A stretch of 64,000 bases of DNA, taken from contig OZ253564.1 in NCBI GenBank assembly GCA_965262915.1, positions 1,856,001-1,920,000 of the forward strand. Reading direction: 5' to 3'. A program made the translations under genes and the position numbers. Below, piece by piece: positions 1 to 9,695 of this stretch. This stretch comes from Candidatus Spongiisociaceae bacterium (GTDB lineage Bacteria; Actinomycetota; Acidimicrobiia; Spongiisociales; Spongiisociaceae). Within the stretch, counting starts at the first letter, position 1. The number at the start of each line of letters is the position of its first letter. Below the pieces are notes generated by a model. It made no database searches. It was given only the letters and a program-made list of their open reading frames with translations, and had not been told where the DNA came from.

Positions 1-35
1 GCCGGGTAGTCCTGACTGTTTCGTGCATGTCCAGC

Positions 36-2099
36 CTACGGTGAGGTGGTTACCAGGGCGTCGACCGCCCAGACCGAGCCGGTCGTGACGATCAGCGGGT
101 TGATCTCGATCTCCAACAGTTCGGGATGGTCGGTCATCAGGGTGATGAGCCGGTGGACCAGGCTATTGAGCGTGTTCAGGATGGCACGGGGTCCACCCCG
201 GATTTCGAGGAGTCTCCCGCCGATGCGCAGGCGGCCGACAGCCTGATGAAGAACCGGGGTGAGGGCGGGGAGCAGGATGGTGGCCGTGTCGGCGAGGAGT
301 TCCACCAACTCGCCGCCGGCGCCTACCGTGAGCACCAGCCCGATCGGAACCTCCCGCCGGACCGACACCAGCAACTCGGCTACCGCCCCGGTTACCTCCT
401 GCTCGACGAGGACGGGCCGTCCTTGGTCGCCGAGTTCCCTGAGTGCCGATCTCAACTCGTCCGGGGTCCGGATGCCGGTTACCACGCCGCCCACTTTGGC
501 CTTGTGGTCGGGACCCACCGTCTTGGCAACCAGCGGGAAACCGAGACCCATCGACTCCTCGAACGCCGCGGCCGGGCTCCGGCTGCTCAGCACCACACCG
601 TCGGGCACGTCTATCCCGGCTTCCCGAAGCAGGGCCTTCGCCGAGGGTTCGTCGAGCGTGGAGTCTGGCTCGCCGGACCGTGGGGACGGTGGTCCACCCG
701 GCGGCAGATGCAGCGGCGGCGCCTCAGCGTCGAACCACCGGCCGGTGGCCGCGAGGGCCGCCAGGCCGCTGAGGGCCTCGTCGATCGAGTAGGCAACGCC
801 CAGGCCTCGCTCGGCGAGATGGTCCCGGATCCGGGCGGGGAGGTTCTCCGCCAGACCGGCCACGACCAGCCCCGGTTTGCGGACCGCGGTGGCGGCAGCC
901 TCGAAGGCGCGGAGAGTGGGCCACCAGGTGGTGTCGTCGTTGTCGCCCGAGGGCCAGTCGAGCACCAGCATGGCGGCGTCGAACGGTCCGGTCAGCACCT
1001 CCGTGAAGCACCGCGAGAGCGCCGCGGCGTCTCCCCAGATGAACGTGTGGTAGTCGAGAGGGTTGGTGATCGCCACTAGCTCGGACAGGGTCGCCCCCAC
1101 CCGCGCTCGGTGCTCCGCGAGGAACGGCTCGAACACGACCGGATGGTGGACCGCCCGATCCGCCACCAGGGCCGCCTCGCCGCCCGAGCACGACAGCGAC
1201 ACGAGCCGATTGCCGGGTAGGGGACCGACCGTCGCGAGGAGACCGAGCGTGGTGGTGAACTCGGGCAGCGAATTCACCATCACCACCCCGTAACGCTCGA
1301 AGAGCGCGTCGTACGAAGCAGCGGGCGCGGCCAGCGCCGCAGTATGCGACGCGGTGATCCTCCCCGCCCGGGCGGTGCGTCCGGTCTTGAGCACCACCAC
1401 CGGGGTTCTGCTCTCGTGGCAGGCGAGGGCGGCCCGGCCGAAGGCGAGAGGTTCCATGATGGACTCCAGATAGAGTCCTACCGAGGTCACCCGGGCGCAG
1501 TCGGCGAAGGCTAAGAGGCACTGCTCGGCCGTAACGGAGGCCTGGTTGCCGAGCGAGATCACGTGGCTGAAACCCACGCCCCGGCTGTTCATGGTGAGGT
1601 TCAGGGCGATGTTGCCGGACTGGCTGATCAGCGCCGGTCCCGAGTCCACCCTCCGGCAACCGTGGATATCCGGCCACAGGACCGCGCCGGTCACCGCGTT
1701 GATCGTTCCGTAACAGTTGGGGCCCACCAGCGGCATGTCGTGACCGGCGGTGAGCTGTCTCTGGAGCGCGGCGCCTTGCGAGCCTGCCTCGGCGAAGCCG
1801 GACGCGTACAGCACCGCACCCCCGCATCCCATGCCGGCCAGCTCGAGCACGATGTCCAGCGTGAGCCGGCGGTTGACGGCCACGAAGGCGGCGTCGGGTA
1901 CGCCGGGCAATCTGTCCAGGGAGCGGTAGACCCGATGCCCGGCCACAGAGCGCCGGCTCGGGTGAACCGGCCAGACCGGGCCTTCGAAGCCGAGCCGGTC
2001 GGATTGCCGGATGGCTTGTTCGGCCGCATCGCCCCCTATCGCGGCGATCGAGCCGGGTTCGAGAAGGCGGCTAAGGCTACGGTCGGCTGCCATGTTCAT
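36..2099 (-). CDS. Acyl-CoA synthetase (NDP-forming, acetate--CoA ligase family); candidate gamma-butyrobetaine/carnitine-CoA ligase
   Basis: CoA-binding N-terminus (LLEPGSIAAIGG, VGPNCYG, SQSGN, SLGNQA), NPLDYH, ATP-grasp C-terminus (EIEINPL). Start moved to ATG 2099, which overlaps the TGA of the upstream gene (ATGA). Confidence 0.85.
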   Translation of the reverse strand: MNMAADRSLSRLLEPGSIAAIGGDAAEQAIRQSDRLGFEGPVWPVHPSRRSVAGHRVYRSLDRLPGVPDAAFVAVNRRLTLDIVLELAGMGCGGAVLYASGFAEAGSQGAALQRQLTAGHDMPLVGPNCYGTINAVTGAVLWPDIHGCRRVDSGPALISQSGNIALNLTMNSRGVGFSHVISLGNQASVTAEQCLLAFADCARVTSVGLYLESIMEPLAFGRAALACHESRTPVVVLKTGRTARAGRITASHTAALAAPAASYDALFERYGVVMVNSLPEFTTTLGLLATVGPLPGNRLVSLSCSGGEAALVADRAVHHPVVFEPFLAEHRARVGATLSELVAITNPLDYHTFIWGDAAALSRCFTEVLTGPFDAAMLVLDWPSGDNDDTTWWPTLRAFEAAATAVRKPGLVVAGLAENLPARIRDHLAERGLGVAYSIDEALSGLAALAATGRWFDAEAPPLHLPPGGPPSPRSGEPDSTLDEPSAKALLREAGIDVPDGVVLSSRSPAAAFEESMGLGFPLVAKTVGPDHKAKVGGVVTGIRTPDELRSALRELGDQGRPVLVEQEVTGAVAELLVSVRREVPIGLVLTVGAGGELVELLADTATILLPALTPVLHQAVGRLRIGGRLLEIRGGPRAILNTLNSLVHRLITLMTDHPELLEIEINPLIVTTGSVWAVDALVTTSP

Positions 2100-3256
2100 C
2101 CGCCGAGGGGTCGGAGTATCGACCGGGAGATGATGTGGCGCTGGATCTCGGAGGTGCCGTCCCAGATGCGGTCCACCCTGGTGTCGCGCCAGAGCCTCTC
2201 GAGCGGTAGCTCGTCCATCAGGCCCATCCCGCCGAAGATCTGGATGGCCTCGTCGGTGACGAACTGGCACATCTCGCTGGCGTACACCTTCGCCATCGCC
2301 GCGTCGACATCGGTCATCGTGCCCCGCCCCTCCTTCCAGGCTGCCCGGAGGGTGAGCAACTCGGCTGCCTCGTAGCGGGTCTGCATGTCTGCCAGCTTGA
2401 AGGACACCCCTTGGAACTTGCCGATCGGCCTCCCGAACTGGGTGCGGTCCACCGCCCATCCGGTAGCCAGCCGGATGGCGCGCCGGGCTCTACCCAGGCA
2501 GACGGCCGCGACCTGCAGCCGGGTGGATCCGAGCCATTGGTTTGCGACGGCGAACCCCTGGTGCTCCTCTCCGAGAACGGACGATTCCGGGACTCGGCAA
2601 CCATCGAAGTTCAGGATGAAGTTGTGGTAGCCCCGGTTGGATACGGCCGTGTACCCGGGACGAACCTCGAAGCCCGAGGTACCCATGTCCACGAGAAAGG
2701 CGGTGATCCTCTTGCGGGATCCCCTGGGACCGGTCTCCTCGCCGGTGGCTGCGAACAGGATCACGTAGTCGGCGAGGTCGGCGTGGCTGATGAAGTGCTT
2801 GGTGCCGCTGATGACGTATCCGTCGCCCTCCCTCACCGCGGAGCACTTCATCCCCCGCAGGTCGGAACCGGCGTCGGGTTCGCTCATCGCCAGGCACTCG
2901 ACCCGTTTCCCTTGGACGGTCGGGAGCAGGTACCGCTCGACCTGCTCGCCCTCGCACGCCCGGAGGATGTTGGACGGCCTGGCCACTATGTACTGGAGGG
3001 CGTAGGAGGCTGCGCCGAGCTCCCGCTCAACGAGCGCGAGCGTGACGGGATCCAGGCCCGCGCCCCCATACTCGACGGGCATGTTGGCGGCGTACATGCC
3101 TGCATCAATGGACCGGGATCTGATCTGCTCCACCAGCTTCGAGCGAACCCGGCCGGTGCGCTCCACCTCGCCCTCGTAGGGGAAGAGTTCCCGCTCGGTG
3201 AACTCGCGGGCCACCTCGACGATCAGTCTCTGCTCGTCGGTGAGTCCGAAGTTCAC
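2096..3256 (-). CDS. Acyl-CoA dehydrogenase (candidate gamma-butyrobetainyl-CoA dehydrogenase)
   Basis: Motifs CLAMSEPDAGSD, GTKHFIS, RTQFGRPIGKFQGV, AIQIFGGMG, RIWDGTSEIQR; lies in the carnitine operon. Confidence 0.9.
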   Translation of the reverse strand: MNFGLTDEQRLIVEVAREFTERELFPYEGEVERTGRVRSKLVEQIRSRSIDAGMYAANMPVEYGGAGLDPVTLALVERELGAASYALQYIVARPSNILRACEGEQVERYLLPTVQGKRVECLAMSEPDAGSDLRGMKCSAVREGDGYVISGTKHFISHADLADYVILFAATGEETGPRGSRKRITAFLVDMGTSGFEVRPGYTAVSNRGYHNFILNFDGCRVPESSVLGEEHQGFAVANQWLGSTRLQVAAVCLGRARRAIRLATGWAVDRTQFGRPIGKFQGVSFKLADMQTRYEAAELLTLRAAWKEGRGTMTDVDAAMAKVYASEMCQFVTDEAIQIFGGMGLMDELPLERLWRDTRVDRIWDGTSEIQRHIISRSILRPLGG

Positions 3257-4740
3257 GATCCGCCCTTGGTTGCCATGACCCGACCGAGATGCTTGGGCGC
3301 AGGCATTTGCCTGTGTACCTCCCGGATGGCTCGGAGCGCGCGGGCCGGTAGTCCTTCTATGGGTGCCGGTCGCCCCGCACCGGTATCCATGTGGAGCAAC
3401 ATCTGCTCGGTGGCGGCGACCAAGTCGCCGTTTCCGGCATCGAACATCTCATGGTGCAGGTGGAGCCGCTTCTCGTCGAGACCCACGAGCCTGGTGGAGA
3501 AGCGCAGCGATTCGCTTGCGGTCACCTCTCGCAGGTAGTTGATGTGCGTCTCCACCGTGTAGAACGAATGCCCGGCTGCCCGGTAGGCCTCGTCGTCGCC
3601 GATATATCGGAACAGGGCGTCCGACGCCCATCCGAAGGCGGTCAGGTAGGCCGCTTCGGTCATGTGATCGTTGTAGTCGACCCACTCGGGTTCAACGTCG
3701 CAGCGGAACAGTTCCAAGGGTGCGGGAACGTCGTCGCCTTCGGACCACGTCATGGCTTCCTGGCCGAAGCGGCGGGCTTCCCGGCGGGCCAGGATCTCGC
3801 CGGCGCCGACACCCACGGAACGCAGGGATCTCATCGTGGCGATCAGGTAGTCGTCGCGCACCCGCTCCAACTCCTCCACCGACCTTCCCGCTGCCTGCTC
3901 GGCGGTTCCCGTCACCATGGCGTCGGTCAGGGACTCGGTGAGTTCGGGCGCTGCCATCCTGGTCCAGGGAAGCTCCAGGGCGGGACCGAACTGCTCCAGC
4001 ATGTGTTGCATGCCTCCGAGGCCGCCGGCCAGATGGAACGTCAGGTTGGTGCCCATCCCTACCCAGCGCAGACCGGGACCGTAGACGATGGCGTTGTCGA
4101 GTTCGCCGGTGGTGGCTACGCCGTCGTTCACCAGATGGAGGATCTCACGCCACAGCGCTTCCTGCAGCCGGTCGGACAGGTAGCCGGGAACCTCGTTTCG
4201 AACGATCAATGGATACATGTCCAGGTAGTCGTACACCTCGGCGGCCCGTTCGACGGTAGCCCGGGAGGTATGCATCCCACCGACGATCTCGCAGAGGGGG
4301 AGAAGGTAGACCGGGTTGAAAGGATGCCCGACCACCAACCGCTCGGGATTCGCGCATCCGGATGCAATCCGAGTCGGAAGCAGACCCGATGAACTCGAAG
4401 CGATTATCACGTCGGTGGGAGCGGCGGCGTCTAGCCGCTCGTGCAGGCTTACCTTGAGTTGCTCGTCCTCCGGAGCGGACTCCTGTATGAAGTCGGCGGT
4501 CCTGCAGACCTCCTCCGGGCTGTCCACGAACGCAACTCGATCGGGTCTGGCGCCCGGATAGAGGCCCAACCGCTGGACGCTCGGCCAGGCACGGCTGATC
4601 GCATTCCCCAGCCGTCTGCCGGCACCGGGTTCCGGATCCCAGGCCACCACATCGAGGGCACGGCTCAGCGCCCGGACGGTCCAGCCGGACCCGATGACTC
4701 CGGTTCCGATCACGCCGAACAGCTTCGGGGGGAAGGTCAT
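3253..4740 (-). CDS. lcdH: L-carnitine 3-dehydrogenase fused to a C-terminal thioesterase (CdhA-CdhB type)
   Basis: GVIGTGVIGSGW Rossmann motif, IQESAPE, ASSSSG, GHPFNPVYLLPL, DRLQEALWRE; C-terminal hot-dog domain (EWVDYNDHM, YTVETHINYLRE). Start at ATG 4740 or upstream at 4785. Confidence 0.88.
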   Translation of the reverse strand: MTFPPKLFGVIGTGVIGSGWTVRALSRALDVVAWDPEPGAGRRLGNAISRAWPSVQRLGLYPGARPDRVAFVDSPEEVCRTADFIQESAPEDEQLKVSLHERLDAAAPTDVIIASSSSGLLPTRIASGCANPERLVVGHPFNPVYLLPLCEIVGGMHTSRATVERAAEVYDYLDMYPLIVRNEVPGYLSDRLQEALWREILHLVNDGVATTGELDNAIVYGPGLRWVGMGTNLTFHLAGGLGGMQHMLEQFGPALELPWTRMAAPELTESLTDAMVTGTAEQAAGRSVEELERVRDDYLIATMRSLRSVGVGAGEILARREARRFGQEAMTWSEGDDVPAPLELFRCDVEPEWVDYNDHMTEAAYLTAFGWASDALFRYIGDDEAYRAAGHSFYTVETHINYLREVTASESLRFSTRLVGLDEKRLHLHHEMFDAGNGDLVAATEQMLLHMDTGAGRPAPIEGLPARALRAIREVHRQMPAPKHLGRVMATKGGS

Positions 4741-4800
4741 CTCCCGGTACCTTCGATGTTGGTCGTGTCCGCGGCCGTACGGCACCGGATCACCCCGATA

Positions 4801-5730
4801 TCAGAAGCCAACGCGGTCCAGGCCTTTGAGGGCCAGTCTCTCCCTGGTCTCGGCCGGGGTTGCGGGCTCCCGGGACAGTTCGCGCAGGATGCGCACGATC
4901 TTGGCCACCTGCTCGGCGTTGGACTCGGCCAGCTTCCCCTTCCGCAGGTAGAGACCGTCCTCCAAGCCCACCCGGACGTTACCTCCCAGAGTGGCGCCCG
5001 CCGTGACGATGTCGAACTGGTAGCGACCGCCCCCGAGGATCGACCACTCCAGATCGTGACCGAACAGGCGATTGGCCACCGTCTTCATCGCGACCACGTT
5101 CTCGATCTCAGGTCCGATACCCCCGAAGGTACCCATTACGAACTGCATGAAGATAGGGGGCTGGACCAATCCTCGGTCCGCGAAATAGGCCAGCGTGTAG
5201 AGATGGCCGATGTCGTAGGCCTCGAACTCGAAGCGGCAGCCGGTCCTCTCGGCTAGCACCGTGAGCATGTACTCGATGTCGCCGAAGGTGTTCACGAACG
5301 GTTCCCACTTGGTGCTCTCGAGGTAGGGCTCCTCCCAGTCGTACTTCCAGCGGCCCTCGTAGCGGGGGATCATCTGGAAGAGCCCGTAGTTCATGGTGCC
5401 CAGGTTGCAGGTGGCGAGTTCCGGCTTGAGCACTTCGATGACCCGCAGGCGTTCCTCGATGGTCTGGCCGGTAGCTCCCCCGGTGGTGATCGAGATGACC
5501 GCGTCACACCCGGCCTTTATACCGGCGCAGTACTCCCTGAAGATGCCGGGGTCCGATACCGGGCGGCCGTCGAGGGGGTCCCGGGCATGGATGTGGATGA
5601 CGCTCGCCCCCTCCCGGGCCGCATCCACCGACTGCCCCACGTGGTCCTCGATCGTGACCGGTATGTCGCTGTTCATGGTGGGGGTGTGGGAAGAGCCGGT
5701 CACTGCACAAGTGACTATCACGCTGCCCAT
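4801..5730 (-). CDS. Beta-keto acid cleavage enzyme (BKACE/DUF849); probable 3-dehydrocarnitine cleavage enzyme
   Basis: IVTCAVTG, IHIHARDP metal motif, GGNVRVGLEDGL, SNAEQV; adjacent to carnitine dehydrogenase. Confidence 0.88.
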   Translation of the reverse strand: MGSVIVTCAVTGSSHTPTMNSDIPVTIEDHVGQSVDAAREGASVIHIHARDPLDGRPVSDPGIFREYCAGIKAGCDAVISITTGGATGQTIEERLRVIEVLKPELATCNLGTMNYGLFQMIPRYEGRWKYDWEEPYLESTKWEPFVNTFGDIEYMLTVLAERTGCRFEFEAYDIGHLYTLAYFADRGLVQPPIFMQFVMGTFGGIGPEIENVVAMKTVANRLFGHDLEWSILGGGRYQFDIVTAGATLGGNVRVGLEDGLYLRKGKLAESNAEQVAKIVRILRELSREPATPAETRERLALKGLDRVGF

Positions 5731-5810
5731 CTCTTCGCTCCTTCGTCGTCGGATCTGTCGGGAACCACCCCGTCGCCATCATCCGGTGCAGTCCCCGGAC
5801 GGTGCAGGGT

Positions 5811-5844
5811 GTTTCATTATGCGGAACGTTCTGCTATACAGAAC
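5811..5844. promoter_or_regulatory. Tandem 17-bp palindromic operator pair (putative IclR site)
   Basis: GTTTCA-TTATG-CGGAAC followed by the perfect palindrome GTTCTG-CTATA-CAGAAC, in the divergent region between the carnitine operon and the IclR gene. Confidence 0.7.
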
Positions 5845-5925
5845 GATCATACGATAACCTGCCCCTACCGGGGCGTCAACAGGCACCCGATCCGCCGGAA
5901 GGCGAGGGTGCGGGGATGAGCAACC

Positions 5926-6687
5926 ATGAGGCGATCCTCCAACATCCAATCGGTCGAGCGGGCTTTTGCAGTCCTGCGCGCTCTGCATCCCAACGGCCAG
6001 GCCGTTTCGCTGGCGACCATCGCGAACTACACTGGCTTGCCCAAGAGCACTGCCAGCCGGCTCCTGTCAACCATGGTCGGGATCGGGGTGGTGGAGAAGG
6101 TCTCGGAAGCAGGGTACGCGGTGGGCCGCGAGTTGCGGGCGATCGCACACCCCGGGGTGGGCCCCTCCGATCTGGTCGGGATTTCAGCTACGTACCTGCG
6201 GGACCTGGTCCACGAGATAGGGGAGGATGCAGGGCTGGCCATACCCGACCGCGACCATGTTATGTACATCGACCAGGTGCAGAAGAGCCGGCCGGTACAG
6301 GTCCAGGACTGGACGGGTGAGCGGTTCGAGAACCACACCACGGCGGCCGGTTACGTATTCCTTGCCTCGTGGGACGACGAGGACCTCGATACATACCTGG
6401 CTCGTCCTCTTGCCAAGTCGAGTCCTACCACCGAGACCGACCCGGTACGGTTGCGCGAGTACATCGACATGGCCAGAAGCAACGGTTATGCCTGGACATT
6501 CGAGGCGTGGCTGGAGGGCGTGAACGGCGCCGCCGCACCGATCGTCGACGCCGCAGGTGGGGTTGTCGCGTCCATCAACCTGTACGGTCCGGCCTACCGC
6601 TTCCCGGGCGATACCGACCCGGACGCCATCGGCAAACGCCTGGTCGAGACAGCCGCCCAGATATCCCGCTATCTGGGAGCGACCTAG
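5926..6687 (+). CDS. IclR family transcriptional regulator
   Basis: IQSVERAFAVL and TGLPKSTASRLL HTH, TTAAG, GVNGAAAPI effector domain. Confidence 0.93.
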   Translation: MRRSSNIQSVERAFAVLRALHPNGQAVSLATIANYTGLPKSTASRLLSTMVGIGVVEKVSEAGYAVGRELRAIAHPGVGPSDLVGISATYLRDLVHEIGEDAGLAIPDRDHVMYIDQVQKSRPVQVQDWTGERFENHTTAAGYVFLASWDDEDLDTYLARPLAKSSPTTETDPVRLREYIDMARSNGYAWTFEAWLEGVNGAAAPIVDAAGGVVASINLYGPAYRFPGDTDPDAIGKRLVETAAQISRYLGAT

Positions 6688-7040
6688 CGATCGACTTCGC
6701 AAGATGAGTTGTATATTCGGGATTCGTAGTAGAGGTTGATCGTCCGCGTCGGGCCGACGTGTGGGTGATGGCCTGCCCATCGACCGGAATCCCTTCTCGA
6801 CGGCCGATACATTCGATCTTTCCGGGTTGTTGCGTTTCACCCCGCGGCCTACCCTCAGGAAAATATCTTCCCGAGGCGCATCCACCCGATGCCGTCGCCG
6901 TTGGAGGGTCTCGGCACCATCACCCAGGCCACAGACGACAGGTACCGGCCGCGCTGGACGATCTTGTGAGCATTGAGACCCTGCACCCATATGATCTGCT
7001 CACCTCGCAGGACATTGACGTGCTTCGGCACTATTCGCTC

Positions 7041-7385
7041 TCATACTCCCCGTACTTCCCGCGCGAGTACGAGGAGGCAGTCGTGGTCGGCCAGCATCCG
7101 GCGGAGCGGGGGGAGGTTCTGCAGAACGCGAACCTTCGCCTCGATCGGATCGGTTGCTTCGACGGCCACCAGAACCAAGCCCTTCTCGGAGGCGATCCTG
7201 CGTAGTTCCGGTTGCTCCAGCGAGTCCCGTTCGTAGAACAAGACACCGCGATACCCTCGGTGTGCCGCGGCGCGGATCAGAGCTGTGTCCTGCTCGTCAC
7301 CGCCGTCCCATCTGTCCAGAGTCACGCCGGCCGGAGCTTCCTCAGCCAGGCTCTGGGGCAGGACCGAGTCGTACAAGAACCGCAC
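7041..7385 (-). CDS. PIN-like domain protein (VapC45/DUF5615-like putative toxin)
   Basis: 114 aa; MRFLYDSVLP start, DTALIRAA and VLFYERD match the acidic pattern of DUF5615-like PINs; 3 nt downstream of a DUF433 gene. Confidence 0.65.
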   Translation of the reverse strand: MRFLYDSVLPQSLAEEAPAGVTLDRWDGGDEQDTALIRAAAHRGYRGVLFYERDSLEQPELRRIASEKGLVLVAVEATDPIEAKVRVLQNLPPLRRMLADHDCLLVLAREVRGV

Positions 7386-7388
7386 GAT

Positions 7389-8834
7389 TCAGGGAGCCGA
7401 CAGCAGCTGGTGACCGACTCTCACGGTGTCATCGAAGGAGGCGTTCTCCAGCTCGGGGTAAGCCGACAGGATCAGCTGACGGCCGTTGCGCCGGTCCAGA
7501 CCGGCCAAGCACTTCGCACTAATACGGTGGCCTTTCAGATGAGGCGTACCGTGGAGCACGGCAGGATGTAGCCTCGTATTCTGACTCGCATTCAACAAGG
7601 GAAGGGTCTTTCCGCCGCCGTATGGGAATGGACGAAACACGTCGTCGACGTCTGTGATGTCCAAGCTGAGGGGACGTTGGCCGGTTTCCACGTTCGCCCA
7701 GCCGTCCCCGCGGTCCACGAAAACCGCCCCCTCCGACGTGACTCTGAGCTTGACGGCTTTCTCGTCACCTGCAAACCGCGACAGCGCGGGAACCACATTG
7801 CTCGAAACCCTTCGAGGCGAGACCGACCTGAGATACGACCAGGTGCGGAACGCCACCAGGTCTCGAAAGGCCCATCGGATCGCGCCGGACGAGAGCGGGG
7901 TCAGCAGTTTCTGCTGTCGCAGGTAGTCCAGCGACGACCGAGCGGTTCCTGAGAGGAAGGCTACTTCCTTGGTCTGGTAGACGCCGGCCATGAAGACATC
8001 GGGTTCCCACAGCTTTGTGGTCACCTCGACAGGGAAGTCCTTGAACCGCAGCTTCTGGGGGCCGGGCAGCGCGGCGTCGACCCGGCGGAGCAGTAAGCCG
8101 AGTCGACGCTCGTCCTCCGGGAGGGACTCCGCGATGATCTGCGCCTCGGAAAACCCCGGGTATGTGCTCAACACCCGAGTCCGGGTCTGTGGCCGGCACA
8201 CCAGGACGGTCTGGGATCCGAACCACAACGGGATGTCGGCCTCCGGCGCCAACCTACGCACCACGGCGCCAGCCTGGTCGAGACGGACGGCAAACCGCAA
8301 CGCTCGAAGCGCGTCGAAGCCTCGATCGAGCACCACGACGGGGGCGAGGGGGAACGGGATATCGTCGGTGCGGGCACCGGGCCAGCACTGCCAGTAGAGA
8401 CACTTCTCGTCGGCCGTCACGGGAACTGTGTGGGGATCGATCCGGATCAACCCGGTAAGGTCGTTACCCAGCATATCGGCGACCCGCTTTCTGAGGGACT
8501 GACCGACCGCCGGATTGCCGCACAATGTCGCCGCAGCCAGCGACAAGTCTCGGTCGTCGGTGGAACTGGCAAGGTCGGCGACCGAGCGTGCCACTTCGAA
8601 GAGGTCCAGCCGAGTCGCGATCTCAGCGGCGAAGCGCAGCCGCTCGATGTCTCCCCGCAATAAAGGTAGGACCTCGCCGATAGCTCGGGGGAGGCACTCG
8701 GCATGGGCGACCGTCAGCCCTGTGGCGAGATAGTCCATGGTCGAAGCAAGCGACCGCGAACGAGGTGCCGTGCTGCTCAAGGCGTGAAGCACCGCAGCGA
8801 ACAGACCGGGTGACGGTTGCCTCACGGTCGCCAC
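7389..8834 (-). CDS. Protein with unknown ~270-aa N-terminus + MerR-like HTH + DUF433 (extended VapB45-like antitoxin)
   Basis: GVYQTKEVAFLSG...LDYLRQQKLLTP...WAFRDLV (MerR-like); LHPAVLHGTPHLKGHRI...AYPEL (DUF433-like). Confidence 0.7.
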   Translation of the reverse strand: MATVRQPSPGLFAAVLHALSSTAPRSRSLASTMDYLATGLTVAHAECLPRAIGEVLPLLRGDIERLRFAAEIATRLDLFEVARSVADLASSTDDRDLSLAAATLCGNPAVGQSLRKRVADMLGNDLTGLIRIDPHTVPVTADEKCLYWQCWPGARTDDIPFPLAPVVVLDRGFDALRALRFAVRLDQAGAVVRRLAPEADIPLWFGSQTVLVCRPQTRTRVLSTYPGFSEAQIIAESLPEDERRLGLLLRRVDAALPGPQKLRFKDFPVEVTTKLWEPDVFMAGVYQTKEVAFLSGTARSSLDYLRQQKLLTPLSSGAIRWAFRDLVAFRTWSYLRSVSPRRVSSNVVPALSRFAGDEKAVKLRVTSEGAVFVDRGDGWANVETGQRPLSLDITDVDDVFRPFPYGGGKTLPLLNASQNTRLHPAVLHGTPHLKGHRISAKCLAGLDRRNGRQLILSAYPELENASFDDTVRVGHQLLSAP

Positions 8835-9461
8835 TCGATACCCCCGAGCGCAGCGGTCGGAATATCCTGGTCTATGCGCTCATCGGGCACATCTCCAGAC
8901 GACCACTGCAGTAGCCGACTCGGTATCATGTCGATCCCGCGCGGTTCACGTACCTCGAGCCCGGCGGCGCACATCCTCTCCACCGGGAAGACCATCACGA
9001 TGTAGGGCTGCTCATCGTTGATCCGCAGCCGAGTCCTCGTTCCTACGCCGTCCAGATCAGAAATCCTGAAGACGGGCACCAACCAGGAGTGATCCGGCGG
9101 TACCAGTACTGTGTCATCTCGCAGATCGTTCCATATCGCTTCTACGGGGTTACCCAGGGATTCGAGATAACGCCGGTATAGCTCGCCGGTGCGGAAAACC
9201 CCTCGTCGAGCCGGACGGAGGTGGTAGCGCCAGAACACCTGGACCGAGACACAACGGGAGTAGTCGATAGTTGGTGACACCAGGGCTAAGTCGGGAAGGA
9301 TCTCCCGACGCACTTCCTTGAGTCGCTCCCAAACGAGGTCTGGTTTGGTGGTGACCAGCGAATTCCAGGTGAGCGACCTTGCGTCTGATGTACCTGGGCA
9401 AGCGCCAATCGTCGGCCACGACACGGATCATCTGGCGCGCCTCCGATGCTGCATCAATCAT
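8822..9461 (-). CDS. Hypothetical protein, probably frameshifted near 9350
   Basis: The ATG 9461 frame reads protein-like (MIDAASEARQMIRVVADDWRLPRYIRRKVAHLEF) and then degenerates. The 8822-9424 frame reads protein-like from about TKPDLVWERL onward and overlaps the next gene start. Confidence 0.55.
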
Positions 9462-9695
9462 GCAGTGTGAGCGTAGTAACCACCGCTTGGTCGGAGCGGT
9501 TTCATAGCCGTCGGAAAGGAGCAGCGGCCGCCTTCCGCTGCCAGGCTGGTAGCATGAACATATGTTCGATTATAGTCCCCTGGGCGGGTAACAAAGCAAG
9601 ATGCAACCTATTGCCAAACCCATATAACTACTCTTTCCAGGCCGAATCTCGGGATCAGAGTTGTCACCACCTCATGTGGTTTGTCAAGGACCCAT

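Noticed and set aside
6855-7031. 58-codon GTG ORF just downstream of the PIN gene as a fourth module gene
   Set aside because: No recognisable motif or clear RBS; cannot be supported, though not excluded.
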